64,000 nt of DNA, from assembly GCA_964291405.2 (NCBI GenBank), contig OZ219926.1, positions 2,464,001 to 2,528,000 on the forward strand, given 5' to 3'. The stretch comes from Thermodesulfobacteriota bacterium (lineage in GTDB: Bacteria > Desulfobacterota > Binatia > Bin18). Below the pieces are notes generated by a model. It was not told the origin of the DNA. It did not search any database and saw only the letters and a program-made list of their open reading frames with translations. The translations under genes and the position numbers were made by a program. Shown here in pieces: positions 32,348 through 42,425 of the stretch (its first letter is position 1; the number at the start of each line of letters is the position of its first letter).

Positions 32348-33373
32348 TCAATTTTCTCCTGGTGGAAACTCGGCTTTGATCTGACGTGCCAACAGGTCTG
32401 TGACCACCTGCATCGGCGGTTTACCAGAATAGACAAGCTCATACATCTGCTCCACAATAGGCATATCAACTCCCAGACGCTGGGCTAAATCCAGAATCGA
32501 GCGGCAGTTCCGGATGCCCTCGGCAATCGTTGTCATGGTCCGCTGAATGGCCTCCAAGGACTCTCCTCTTCCGAGCCGAATACCGACAGTGCGGTTGCGG
32601 CTGAGGTCACTCGTGCATGTAAGAATAAGGTCACCCATGCCAGAGAGGCCTGATAACGTTTGGGGATTTGCTCCCATCCGGGTTGCCAAACGGACAACTT
32701 CAGCCATGCCACGCGTGATTAAGGCCGCCCGCGCGTTATAGCCATAGCCTAAGCCGTCACTCACTCCGACGGCCAAGGCAATCACATTCTTGACTGCACC
32801 GCCAATCTCGGCCCCAATCATGTCCGTCGTTGTGTAGACGCGAAATGTCGGAGCCGCAAACAGTGTCTGGACTCTCTGGGCGATGGCGTGATCTTTCGCT
32901 GCGACCGTTACTGCGGTTGGGAGTCCGCGTACGACTTCCGCGGCAAAGCTGGGACCTGAGAGCACGGCGATCTCGTGGGCGAACCGTGGGGGGAGGGCCT
33001 CGGTGAGCACCCCACTCATCGTTTGGAGAGAATCCTGCTCAATACCTTTACTTGTGCTCACTAGCAGCGGTGTTGTCGTCAACAAAGATCCTAGCGTTGA
33101 GGCAATGGAGCGGACGGCATGGGATGGAACGGCGATAACAAGGACCTCAGCGCCGATGACTGCTGCAGACAGCTCTGGGGTAAAGCAGAGCGTCTCCGGA
33201 AGCCGCACCCCAGGCAAATAGTCCGCATTCTCTCGTGTTCTTTCAATTTTTTGGGCTAAGACCTCACGCCTGACCCACACCTGAGCCTCATGTCCGACCG
33301 AGTCTAAGAGACACGCCAGGGCGGTTCCCCACCCGCCTCCGCCAATAACAGCAACACGCATATTACTAATCAC
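32348..33373 (-). CDS. gpsA: NAD(P)H-dependent glycerol-3-phosphate dehydrogenase
   Basis: GGGGWGTALA, SKGIE, SGPSFA, GGAVKNVIA, GDLILTC..SRNR. Confidence 0.96.
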   Translation of the reverse strand: MISNMRVAVIGGGGWGTALACLLDSVGHEAQVWVRREVLAQKIERTRENADYLPGVRLPETLCFTPELSAAVIGAEVLVIAVPSHAVRSIASTLGSLLTTTPLLVSTSKGIEQDSLQTMSGVLTEALPPRFAHEIAVLSGPSFAAEVVRGLPTAVTVAAKDHAIAQRVQTLFAAPTFRVYTTTDMIGAEIGGAVKNVIALAVGVSDGLGYGYNARAALITRGMAEVVRLATRMGANPQTLSGLSGMGDLILTCTSDLSRNRTVGIRLGRGESLEAIQRTMTTIAEGIRNCRSILDLAQRLGVDMPIVEQMYELVYSGKPPMQVVTDLLARQIKAEFPPGEN

Positions 33374-33390
33374 ACCCTGCAGAGGGTTCT

Positions 33391-34209
33391 TTAATGTGGA
33401 CGCCAGCCGATGACGCTGAGCTGGCGACCGGCTTGCGCTCCTTCTCTTCGGTACGAGGTAAACTCATCTGGATGGCAGAATGTACAGGGTCCAACGCTGT
33501 GAATCTGCGTCTGCGGGACGCCAGCCTGAATCAACTGCATGCGGTTTAGCGCCCGCAGGTCGAGATAGCCCTTGTCTCCCTGCCGATTCCAGGTCGTAGG
33601 CCGTCCATCTCCCCAGCGTTCAAAGAGTGGCTCTCCTACCTCAGAGCCGACTTGATAACAGCATCCCCCAATTGACGGACCCAAGGCGACCCAGAGCTGG
33701 GTGGGGGAAACGTCCCATTGTTCGGCGCATATTTCGACTGCTCGGAGGGCGATTGCCTTCTGCGTACCTCTCCATCCAGCGTGAAGAGCGCCAAGAAGAG
33801 GAAGCGTGTCCAGCTTTTTGTATCTGTTGGAGGACACGTTTCCTCTTTCGCCCCTTTTGTGTGGGGCAACAAGGAGAAGCGGTACGCAATCCGCAGTCTT
33901 GATGCCAAGCAGCACGTTTTGCTCCGTTGTGAGCATCCCGTCTGCTTCTAACCCCGGTTTTGTTTCCCCTCCTTCAATATGCACGATGGTATTCCCATGA
34001 ACCTGTGTGAGGGTATGGAGTGGACAGTCCGGGGCGCCCAAAGAAGCGTCTAATGAAGCTGCTGTGAAGGATTTTGGTAAGCGGCGGGAAAAACCATGGA
34101 TCAGACCAGGAAACGCGCTCCACGCCTCGGCTCGAATCCAGAGCTCCCGCCTGGACGGTTCTTTTGGGTTTGGAGCCGATTTAGGCAGAACTCTTCCCTC
34201 CCTTCTCAA
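33391..34209 (-). CDS. pgeF: PgeF/YfiH family peptidoglycan editing factor with 18-aa repeat-derived insertion (start uncertain)
   Basis: QVHG, TADCVP, HAGWRG, GPSIGGCCY, SYRR. Confidence 0.9.
   Translation of the reverse strand: MRREGRVLPKSAPNPKEPSRRELWIRAEAWSAFPGLIHGFSRRLPKSFTAASLDASLGAPDCPLHTLTQVHGNTIVHIEGGETKPGLEADGMLTTEQNVLLGIKTADCVPLLLVAPHKRGERGNVSSNRYKKLDTLPLLGALHAGWRGTQKAIALRAVEICAEQWDVSPTQLWVALGPSIGGCCYQVGSEVGEPLFERWGDGRPTTWNRQGDKGYLDLRALNRMQLIQAGVPQTQIHSVGPCTFCHPDEFTSYRREGAQAGRQLSVIGWRPH
33795..33848 (-). repeat. Palindromic element copy 7 (54 bp), in-frame inside pgeF
   Basis: AAAGAGGAAACGTGTCC-TCCAACAGATACAAAAAGCT-GGACACGCTTCCTCTTC encodes (E)[17 protein letters not shown]. Confidence 0.92.
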
Positions 34210-35509
34210 TAAGGGCGAGCGTTTCAATCTGGTCTGTTTGCGGAAACATATCGAATGGCTGGACCCGTCCGACGGCATAGCCAGCGTCGGTAAAACGATC
34301 AAGGTCTCGGGCGAGCGTCCGGGGCGAACAGGAGATATAGAGCAGTTTGGGCGCGTTCACTCCTATGACCGAGGAAAACGCCTCGGGGCTCAGTCCTGTC
34401 CGAGGCGGGTTGAGCACAATCCTGTCGATGGATGGGAGGGTGATAGCGATCTCTTCTATCTTCTGCGCTGCATCACCATGAAAGAAACGGGTGTTGTGGT
34501 ATCCGTTACGCCGGGCATTTTCTTTTGCAACATTCACGGCCCGTTCATTTTCCTCAATCCCGACCACAAACTTGGTCTGCGAGGCACAATACAGGGCGAT
34601 AGGACCGATTCCGCAGTACACGTCAAGAACGATTTCTTGTCCGGTCATATTGCTCCACCGGACAGCGGTTTCGTAAATGCGCTTCGCCATAGGTGGATTG
34701 ACCTGAGAAAAAGTATCCACCGGGATACTGAGGCGGACATGCCCTATTTGTTCGAGTAAAGAGTCCCGACCCCGCAAGGGGCGGAAGCGTTTCCCCCAGA
34801 TCACATTGCCCGGCTGGTCGTTGATATTATGGACAATGCCACTCAAAAAGGGAAACCGTCGTTCAAGCTGACGGGTCAAGTCGTGCACCTGGGGGAAGTG
34901 CATATGCCGGGTGACCAGCAGCAGGAGCGCTTTCCGCTGCCAAAAACTATAGCGCAGGTCGATATAGCGGAGTTGGCCGGTATCGCGCGCTTCGTCATAG
35001 GGAATAATATGCAGCCGTTCTATCGCCTGTTTGAGAAAGGCGACGATGCGGTTGACTTCTTTGGGGTGGACGGGACAAGCCGAGATGTCAAAAACCTGAT
35101 GTGTTTCAGGGACATACAGACCGATCAGGGTTTGTCCCTTGGCGCTCTGCACGGCCAGCTTAACGCGGGAGCGGTAGCCAAACTTTTTGGGCGAAGCAAC
35201 AGGCAGGGGAATATTGATCGCCCTGAGCGACGGAAATACGGCAAACGCCTCCCGCACTATGGTTTGTTTTCTTTCAAGCTGTTGATCATAGGGAACGGAG
35301 ACGAAGGGGCAGCCGTAACAGTGGGGCGCATGCGGACAGGGCGGCTTCCAGTCAGGCTTGTCGCCTGAATGGCTGTTTGGGCGCGACAACCCTGAGTTCG
35401 CCTTCTTTTTTCTGTACTGATTGTCCGGCTTTGGGACTTGGCGGGGACGCTGAGAGCCGGCGTGTCTTTTTCGAGATGTGGACGGCCGCGAGGGTTTATG
35501 TTCGGACAC
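34181..35509 (-). CDS. rlmD: 23S rRNA m5U methyltransferase RlmD-like (no obvious TRAM domain)
   Basis: CPHAPHCYGC, FSQVN, DVYCGIG, NPPRTG, YISCS, DMFPQT. Confidence 0.88.
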   Translation of the reverse strand: MSEHKPSRPSTSRKRHAGSQRPRQVPKPDNQYRKKKANSGLSRPNSHSGDKPDWKPPCPHAPHCYGCPFVSVPYDQQLERKQTIVREAFAVFPSLRAINIPLPVASPKKFGYRSRVKLAVQSAKGQTLIGLYVPETHQVFDISACPVHPKEVNRIVAFLKQAIERLHIIPYDEARDTGQLRYIDLRYSFWQRKALLLLVTRHMHFPQVHDLTRQLERRFPFLSGIVHNINDQPGNVIWGKRFRPLRGRDSLLEQIGHVRLSIPVDTFSQVNPPMAKRIYETAVRWSNMTGQEIVLDVYCGIGPIALYCASQTKFVVGIEENERAVNVAKENARRNGYHNTRFFHGDAAQKIEEIAITLPSIDRIVLNPPRTGLSPEAFSSVIGVNAPKLLYISCSPRTLARDLDRFTDAGYAVGRVQPFDMFPQTDQIETLALIEKGGKSSA

Positions 35510-35643
35510 CGTGGCAGACTACAAAGCCTGCTCCTGGGTGTCAACAGAATGAGGCCGGCAGGTGAGTACAGCGTGACCCGATAACACTCTGCCCGGTATC
35601 CTCTGTTATAGAGGGGTGGAGGGTCGTCAGGTGCCTTCGGAAT

Positions 35644-36099
35644 CTAGGGTCCTGAATAGTGCTGCCCTCTCGGTACACGGGAGCGTCGTGTACCGAGCAG
35701 GAATGCGTACAGTATCCAGGTCGGTCCGCTGATGACCAGAGCATAGATCGCGATTGCCACCGGGCCGAGCAGGCCCGCGAACAGAGACGCCACCGCAGTC
35801 ACAGGTGCCAGTACGGCGAAGGCGGTCCAGGCCGTACCCGGATGCCCAATCCGCCAGAGTTTGAAACAGGCCAGGGCGAGCGGTAGGCCGCAAGGTGCCG
35901 TCACGACTAATGAAAGCCAAGCAGATGGCTCCATGGGCCAAGGCATACCACGGACCGGGGCCGTCGCGGCGATACCGGCCGGCAGCCATAATAAGGCAAG
36001 CAGACCGAATGCAAGGCGGCGCGTTATCGTCGGCACGTATCCATGATACACCCCCGTCCGGCATTCGCCAGAAGGTTGATCTGTACGTTTTTGACCCAA
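35644..36099 (-). CDS. Hypothetical membrane protein
   Basis: About four hydrophobic segments; co-oriented with neighbours. Confidence 0.55.
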   Translation of the reverse strand: MGQKRTDQPSGECRTGVYHGYVPTITRRLAFGLLALLWLPAGIAATAPVRGMPWPMEPSAWLSLVVTAPCGLPLALACFKLWRIGHPGTAWTAFAVLAPVTAVASLFAGLLGPVAIAIYALVISGPTWILYAFLLGTRRSRVPRGQHYSGP

Positions 36100-36134
36100 A
36101 GGAGGGAAGGCATGTGAATTCTGAGCCGGCCCGC

Positions 36135-37223
36135 TCAGGAAGCCGACCGGTATAAATGCCCGACAATTTCGGCTGCACTCATAAACTCAAAGCGCGTTTT
36201 GCCAATATCCTCTAGACATACAAATTTGACTTTTCCGGCAGTGACCTTTTTGTCCGCTTCGATCCCTATCCGGAGATGCTCCTGTGCAAGATCCTGTGGG
36301 ATGTCTACTGGTAAGCCAGCCTGTTTGATAAGGCGTACAACACGGTCACGTACCGCCGGCCGACACAAGCCCCGTTGTTGAGACAGGTGGGTGGCGAAAA
36401 CCATACCTAGCGCGACCGCCTCACCATGTAAAAAGCTTTTGTAATTGGTGGCACTTTCAATCGCGTGTCCCATGGTGTGACCGAAATTGAGAATCGCTCG
36501 ATAATCCCCTTCCGTTTCGTCTTCTTCCACGACTAGGGCCTTGAGTTGACAGCATGTTTTGACCACTGAGGTCAGAAGAGCTGGATTGACGCTCAGGAGT
36601 ACTTTGAGTTCTTCTTCAAGCAACCCGAAGAGTTCCGGACTCAGAATAGCGCCATACTTGATGACTTCTGCTATCCCTGACACAAACTCACGCTTTGGGA
36701 GCGTTTTGAGGACGGCGACATCAATCAAGACCATACGGGGCTGGTAGAAGGCGCCGATCAGATTTTTCCCTGCCGGATGGTTGATGGCCGTCTTGCCGCC
36801 GACACTCGCGTCAACCTGAGCAAGGAGAGTGGTCGGGATTTGGATAAATGGAACTCCACGCCGGAAGGTTGCCGCCGCAAAGCCCGTGAGGTCTCCGATG
36901 ACCCCTCCCCCCAAGGCGATTAAAGGCGAACTGCGCTCAATACGCCCCTCAACGAGTTTGTCATACAGAAAGGTCAGCCAGGCCAAGTTTTTGTGTTCTT
37001 CGCCCGCAGGAATCTCAATCACCACCGGCTCGAATCCCTCAGCGGTGAGAATATTGGTCACCGGATTCCGGTAGTGTTTGCCAACATGGGAATCCGTTAT
37101 CACCCCGACTCGGCCAGTGAGGAAATTTTGCTGTCTGAGGAGTTGGCCTAACGTGCCGAGGATGTCTGATCCAATGTGGATAGGGTAGGATCGCGCCCCG
37201 AGATTCAGCGTGAGCGTATCCAT
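36135..37223 (-). CDS. aroB: 3-dehydroquinate synthase
   Basis: GGGVIGD, PTTLLAQVDASVGGKT, LNFGHT, HGEAV. Confidence 0.97.
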   Translation of the reverse strand: MDTLTLNLGARSYPIHIGSDILGTLGQLLRQQNFLTGRVGVITDSHVGKHYRNPVTNILTAEGFEPVVIEIPAGEEHKNLAWLTFLYDKLVEGRIERSSPLIALGGGVIGDLTGFAAATFRRGVPFIQIPTTLLAQVDASVGGKTAINHPAGKNLIGAFYQPRMVLIDVAVLKTLPKREFVSGIAEVIKYGAILSPELFGLLEEELKVLLSVNPALLTSVVKTCCQLKALVVEEDETEGDYRAILNFGHTMGHAIESATNYKSFLHGEAVALGMVFATHLSQQRGLCRPAVRDRVVRLIKQAGLPVDIPQDLAQEHLRIGIEADKKVTAGKVKFVCLEDIGKTRFEFMSAAEIVGHLYRSAS

Positions 37224-37233
37224 AGCGGCTTTT

Positions 37234-37767
37234 CTACACAGTCGAGTCTGCTTGGGTCAAGGCTGTCAGTGTAGCCTCTACAACCGCATCCGGGTCTAAG
37301 CCCGACGTATCAACAGTGATATCCGCGCGGGCGTAGGCTTCTGCTCTGTCTGCCAGTAGTTGTTGGATCTTTTCGAGCGGATTGGGCTCCTGTAGCAACG
37401 GACGAGTGGTATCACCTTTGACACGTTGGAGAATGACTTCGGGACGAGCGGTCAGACAAATGACCGGGCCGCTCGCTTTCATCGTTTTGGCGTTTTCTCT
37501 ATCCACAATGGCTCCGCCACCTGTGGCAATCACCCTCTCTTTTTCTTGACAGACGCGGGCTATGGTTTGTCGCTCTCGTTGACGAAAGGCTGCTTCTCCC
37601 TCAGTGGCGAAGATCTGAGCAATCGACATATCCGCTTCACGCTCAATACAGGCATCCGTGTCAACAAACCTGCGGCCGAGTCGCTTTGCTAGCCGTCTGG
37701 CGACCAGGCTTTTCCCTGTTCCCATAAAGCCAACAAAAATAATGTTGCGTCCACGCCAGGAGGACAT
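37234..37767 (-). CDS. aroK: Shikimate kinase
   Basis: GFMGTGKS, GEAAFR, ATGGG, RPLL. Confidence 0.96.
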   Translation of the reverse strand: MSSWRGRNIIFVGFMGTGKSLVARRLAKRLGRRFVDTDACIEREADMSIAQIFATEGEAAFRQRERQTIARVCQEKERVIATGGGAIVDRENAKTMKASGPVICLTARPEVILQRVKGDTTRPLLQEPNPLEKIQQLLADRAEAYARADITVDTSGLDPDAVVEATLTALTQADSTV

Positions 37768-38295
37768 TACAATGTCTTATACGTTCGAGCGTGCGACTTG
37801 TGTGCTAGCCAGGGAGCTTTGCCGTGGCCAACCAAAACCCCACCACCACTTTCATCGACAGCGACCTGAAGAGCGCCGACCTAAGCAGCCCATTCAGGGC
37901 GCTGTCCCACTAAGCAAAACTCCCTGGCCCTAGCGGCAATAAGGATTGCCGCCTTCACCACCACCCCACCCAAAACGTCGCCCTGTGTGTTGTCTATAAC
38001 GAGCCAGGGCGGAGAAGATTTTCTTGATGGAAGCTTGAGGCCGTCCTATAACCCTCCAATTTTACTGAGTTTTTTGTATAGGGGCGGACGGGGTATGCGC
38101 CCGCCCCTATATTCGTCTCTCCATTTCCACCACCACATCCACATCGTACCCCCACTGATAGAGACGCGCGAAGGCTCGAGGCCAACCTCGACAGCACCGC
38201 ACTACAACCTCAGTATGTTCATACCTGGCTTCCAAGCCTTCGAGTGTCCCTACCACTTCCAACACAGACTCTCCTTGTTCAGATCTTCGATGGGC

Positions 38296-38503
38296 GAGAA
38301 GCCTACAAGTCTGAGAACTCTCCCAACACGTCTTCCACACCGCTACCGCTGGGTTCCCAGGCTTCTAGGTTTTTCGATTTCCCCATCACTCACATCAACC
38401 ACAGCCTCCACAGCTTCGTTCTCATGTATGAGAAGCCCACAAGTCTAAGAACTCTCCCACTCCATCGCCGCTGGGTTCTCAGGCTTCTAGGTTTTTCGAT
38501 TCC
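38296..38503 (+). repeat. Two tandem long imperfect hairpins (38296-38383, 38430-38503)
   Basis: GAGAAGCC(T/C)ACAAGTCT(G/A)AGAACTC ... GGGTTC(C/T)CAGGCTTCTAGGTTTTTC present twice. Confidence 0.8.
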
Positions 38504-38504
38504 A

Positions 38505-39197
38505 CTACCTCCACTCACTTACGGACGCGTTACACCAAAAAGGTTCATTCACACGAGATATCGAAGGAGTTTGGGCTAACTGCGTCAGATCTGCATTCTC
38601 GGCAATGAAAAGAATCTGGGCATCCCTGTGTTTCGAGCTGCCCGTTTTGGTTTTCCGACCAATACGGGCAGTCAGAATCGCCTCATTGGTGTCAACAGAA
38701 ACCGGAGGAGTCTCATCCAGTGCCAACTCGACAACGAGACGCATGCGGCCTGCCGAACTGCTCACTCGGATTTCCTCAATCTGAGGGTCTTCCGCAATAT
38801 ACTTTGCGACCTGAGGCGGCGCCTCAATTGAGTCGGTGACATCAATGGCAAGACGGCTCGGCGCGCTGAGGGGAAAGCAATGCAGGTTTTCCGGGGGGCG
38901 AGAGAAGCGAAACATGACGTTCCGTTGCTCAGCGTCCGTAATTACACGGATCTCGTGAAGCTGAAGTGGCTCAATATGCGCCCTTTTCGGAGTATAAGTC
39001 CTTTTCGGGAGACGTCCGAGGCGAAGCATGACAATGCGTTGCCCGGCATCCTGAATTGTCGGTTCGGGAGGAGGCAAGGTTGAAGGTCCTCCTCTCAAAC
39101 TCCGTGGCTGATGAGTGCAGGCCCCTGCACTCAGGCAGACCCATAACGGGACTGCTATTTTTATGGTGTGTCTGTCTAACAAGCTCCGCATCCTCAC
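38505..39197 (-). CDS. Lipoprotein with AMIN domain
   Basis: Lipobox-like SAGAC; FPLSAPSRLAIDV..IEEIRV..MRLVVEL. Confidence 0.65.
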   Translation of the reverse strand: MRMRSLLDRHTIKIAVPLWVCLSAGACTHQPRSLRGGPSTLPPPEPTIQDAGQRIVMLRLGRLPKRTYTPKRAHIEPLQLHEIRVITDAEQRNVMFRFSRPPENLHCFPLSAPSRLAIDVTDSIEAPPQVAKYIAEDPQIEEIRVSSSAGRMRLVVELALDETPPVSVDTNEAILTARIGRKTKTGSSKHRDAQILFIAENADLTQLAQTPSISRVNEPFWCNASVSEWR

Positions 39198-39433
39198 TCT
39201 ATTTAGGACACTGCGTTCGTGATCTTGAGACGCGATCCCTGCCCACGAACCTCAACCATCTTGATTGAGCTTGAACCGATGTCGAGGCTGAGGTAGCCTT
39301 TATCCAATTCAAATGGAACTAGAGAAGTCAGGGGATTGGCAAGGCGTCCAAGAGTTTCGTTCAGGGTAGCCATGATAATCTTAATCTAAGTATTTCCAGC
39401 ACTTACTATGCAATACAAAAACTAATTTGTCAA

Positions 39434-41809
39434 ATGTTTGACGCGCAATGTTCCACGAATGCCTGCTTTGTTTCTGTCGCCCTTCCACTCCCCATTAGTC
39501 GAAGGAATGAATTGATTTATCGCGTTCCAGACACCCTTCTTTCGAGAGTCCAAGAGGGAGTTCGCGTCGTTGTTCCTGTAAGTAGCCGAAAAATAACAGG
39601 AATTATCGTTGGCCGATCCTCTCATCCTGGTGACATCCATTCTCAAAAGGTAAAGGATATTCTCGATATTATAGATGAAGTCCCTATTTTTACTCAAGGC
39701 ATAAAAAATATTTGGGAATGGCTAGCGCATTATTATTTTTCTTCGCCTGGAACGGCGTTGCAGACTATTCTTCCTCGGACAGTACGTCATCAGAGCACCG
39801 TGTTTGTTACATTGCCAAAAAAGAAAGGGCGCAGAAAAACGGCGGACACAGAGGAAGACGACCGGAGGCAGCAGCTTCTTGTTGGCCGTTTGAAAGGGGA
39901 CGAGAAAGAACTGCTGGCATACGTCACGGAAAAGAAAAGGGTGAGTGTCAAGACCGTGCAGCGGCGCTTCCCTCAGTTATCCATCAGAGACACGCTTCAA
40001 CACCTTGAATCACTAAATCTGATTCGTCTAGCGGAGTCTTTCCCCCGACCTCGGACTATCACTGAAGCCTCTGAATCGATAGCCGAGGTCGGGGCTTACA
40101 CCGAAGAGAGTGCTGATGATTCCGGGGACGATGACGAGCAGGCCCAGTGGGAAACGCTCGCTTTGACATCTGCCCAACAGAACGCGCAAAGCGAGGTGGA
40201 AAATGCCCTAAAAAAGGGAGAATTTCGCGTTTTTCTGCTGCACGGTGTCACCGGAAGCGGGAAAACCGAGATCTATCTCAGGGCAGCTCGCCATGTCGTG
40301 AGTCAAGACAAAAGCGCACTCTTCCTCGTCCCGGAGATCGCCCTAACCCAACAACTCGTCGCTCAGGTCCGACAGCGTTTTGGTAGGAGTGTTGCCGTCC
40401 TCCACAGCGCAATGACCGATAAAGAACGCTGGGACGAGTGGAAGCGGATTGCCCGTCGAGAAGTATCCGTTGTTGTTGGCGCACGCTCGGCGGTCTTCGC
40501 CCCCTTGGTGAATCTAGGCTTGATTATCGTAGATGAGGAACATGAAACGGCATACAAACAGGAAGATGGCATACGCTATAATGCGAGAGATATCGCTATT
40601 GTACGGGGTAAAATGTCGTCCTGTACTGTAATTTTAGGATCTGCGACTCCATCCCTGGAAAGTTATACCCATAGTCAAACGCAGCATTATACGGCCCTGA
40701 CTCTGCCAACTCGTGTGGCCGCGCGTCCATTACCCAAGGTTGAGATTATCGACCTCCGCCGGGAGGCTCGCTCAGGAAAAACCACCCCTATTTTTTCAAC
40801 CCGCCTACAACACGCGCTGCGGGTGAACTATCAAGCCGGCAAGCAAAGTGTCTTATTTCTGAATCGGCGCGGGTATGCGAATTACCTGCAATGTCGCCTG
40901 TGTGGCGAAACGCTCTCGTGCCCGCACTGTAGCGTCAGCCTGACGTTTCATCTCCGGCGAAAGATATTGTGCTGTCATTACTGTGGCTTTACCCGGCGTA
41001 GCATAGAGGTCTGCCCGAGCTGCAAAGAACCTGCGCTCGACGGGAGCGGAATCGGGACAGAGCAGGTCGAGGATGCCCTGAAACATCTGCTGCCTGAGGT
41101 CCGTATTGCCCGGCTGGACCGCGACACCGTGAAGCGTCGCGGAGCGCTTGATCGCGTGCTGCGGGCGTGGCGGGCGCATGAGTTCGACGTGTTAATCGGA
41201 ACGCAAATGGTCGCCAAGGGGCACGATGTCCCGGGCGTGACACTCGTTGGCGTGATTCTGGCCGATGTGACGCTCAACCGGCCGGACTTCCGGGCCGCGG
41301 AACGGACTTTTCAATTACTTACGCAAGTTGCGGGTCGGGCCGGACGTGGGCAAGACCTTGGAACCGTGATTATTCAGACGTATGCCCCGAGGCATTACAG
41401 CATACAATGCGCCGCCCGGCATGACTTCACCGGCTTTGCCGCTCAAGAGCAGCGCTATCGTAAACAGCTTGGCTATCCCCCCTTCACCCGTCTTATTAAT
41501 GTGCGCTTCGAGGGCCGAGACGGACAACAGGTCGAGGCGACGGCTTCCCTCTTTTTACAGAAGGTTGAACAGACCCGACAGGCCGAGGAATTTGCATCTT
41601 CCAGGGCCGCAGGCCTCCAGATACTGGGCCCCGCGCCTGCCCCTATTGAACGCATCAAGGGACGGGAGCGCTGGCAATTGCTGGTCAAGGGTCCCGACCG
41701 TCCACTGCTACACGCCCTCATAGACAAGGCGCACGACGCCTTTGTCCAGGCCAAGCCACCCCGCACCGTGCGAACAATCATTGATGTCGATCCGTATAGC
41801 GTGGTATAG
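39434..41809 (+). CDS. priA: Primosomal protein N' (replication restart helicase)
   Basis: GVTGSGKTE, DEEHE, LNRRGY, four CxxC, GTQMVAKG, QVAGRAGR. Confidence 0.97.
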   Translation: MFDAQCSTNACFVSVALPLPISRRNELIYRVPDTLLSRVQEGVRVVVPVSSRKITGIIVGRSSHPGDIHSQKVKDILDIIDEVPIFTQGIKNIWEWLAHYYFSSPGTALQTILPRTVRHQSTVFVTLPKKKGRRKTADTEEDDRRQQLLVGRLKGDEKELLAYVTEKKRVSVKTVQRRFPQLSIRDTLQHLESLNLIRLAESFPRPRTITEASESIAEVGAYTEESADDSGDDDEQAQWETLALTSAQQNAQSEVENALKKGEFRVFLLHGVTGSGKTEIYLRAARHVVSQDKSALFLVPEIALTQQLVAQVRQRFGRSVAVLHSAMTDKERWDEWKRIARREVSVVVGARSAVFAPLVNLGLIIVDEEHETAYKQEDGIRYNARDIAIVRGKMSSCTVILGSATPSLESYTHSQTQHYTALTLPTRVAARPLPKVEIIDLRREARSGKTTPIFSTRLQHALRVNYQAGKQSVLFLNRRGYANYLQCRLCGETLSCPHCSVSLTFHLRRKILCCHYCGFTRRSIEVCPSCKEPALDGSGIGTEQVEDALKHLLPEVRIARLDRDTVKRRGALDRVLRAWRAHEFDVLIGTQMVAKGHDVPGVTLVGVILADVTLNRPDFRAAERTFQLLTQVAGRAGRGQDLGTVIIQTYAPRHYSIQCAARHDFTGFAAQEQRYRKQLGYPPFTRLINVRFEGRDGQQVEATASLFLQKVEQTRQAEEFASSRAAGLQILGPAPAPIERIKGRERWQLLVKGPDRPLLHALIDKAHDAFVQAKPPRTVRTIIDVDPYSVV

Positions 41810-41818
41810 AGAAAAGCC

Positions 41819-42364
41819 ATGATTCGCGAGATTTTAACCTTTCCGGACCCCCGCCTCAAAAAGGCGGCAAGCGAAGTCAAAAACATGGATGGGGGCTTGG
41901 CGACGCTGGTCGAGGATATGGTCCAGACCATGTATGCCGCCCCAGGTATCGGACTGGCGGCGACCCAGGTCGGCTCACAGGACCGCATTGTGGTCCTTGA
42001 TGTCAATCGTGAAGAAAAAGGCAAAGACCTGCTCAAGCTGGTGAACCCCAGAATTACGGCAAGAGAAGGCTCAATCGTCTGGGAAGAAGGGTGTCTCAGT
42101 GTGGTTGACTACACGGCCGAGGTCAAACGGGCCGCCAAGATCGAAGTGAAAGCCTGGACCCTGGACCAACAGGAGATCACTGTGCAGGCCGAAGAACTCT
42201 TGGCCGTCTGCCTCCAGCACGAACTCGACCACCTCTCGGGCAAGCTCTTTATCGATCGGATCAGTCGGCTCAAACGCGAACTCTACGCGCGGCGGGTCAA
42301 AAAATTGATCCGCGAAGGGCGGCCGCTCGAACGGAGCAAAAATCCGGAGTCTGCCGGAATCTGA
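41819..42364 (+). CDS. def: Peptide deformylase
   Basis: GIGLAATQ, EGCLS, QHELDH. Confidence 0.97.
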   Translation: MIREILTFPDPRLKKAASEVKNMDGGLATLVEDMVQTMYAAPGIGLAATQVGSQDRIVVLDVNREEKGKDLLKLVNPRITAREGSIVWEEGCLSVVDYTAEVKRAAKIEVKAWTLDQQEITVQAEELLAVCLQHELDHLSGKLFIDRISRLKRELYARRVKKLIREGRPLERSKNPESAGI

Positions 42365-42425
42365 GTTCCCTTCACCCCTAACCCTTTATTCCCAGTCCCT
42401 CCCGCAAGCGAGGAACCCGTCCACG

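Noticed and set aside
37994-38340. Short - strand ORFs upstream of aroK as pilQ or aroC remnants
   Set aside because: No secretin or AroC motif could be read in the frames examined.
42368-42417. Degenerate CCCCTAACCC..CCCGCAAGCG REP-like remnant (similar G-rich patch at 43861-43880)
   Set aside because: Too degraded, and single-copy here, to support a call.
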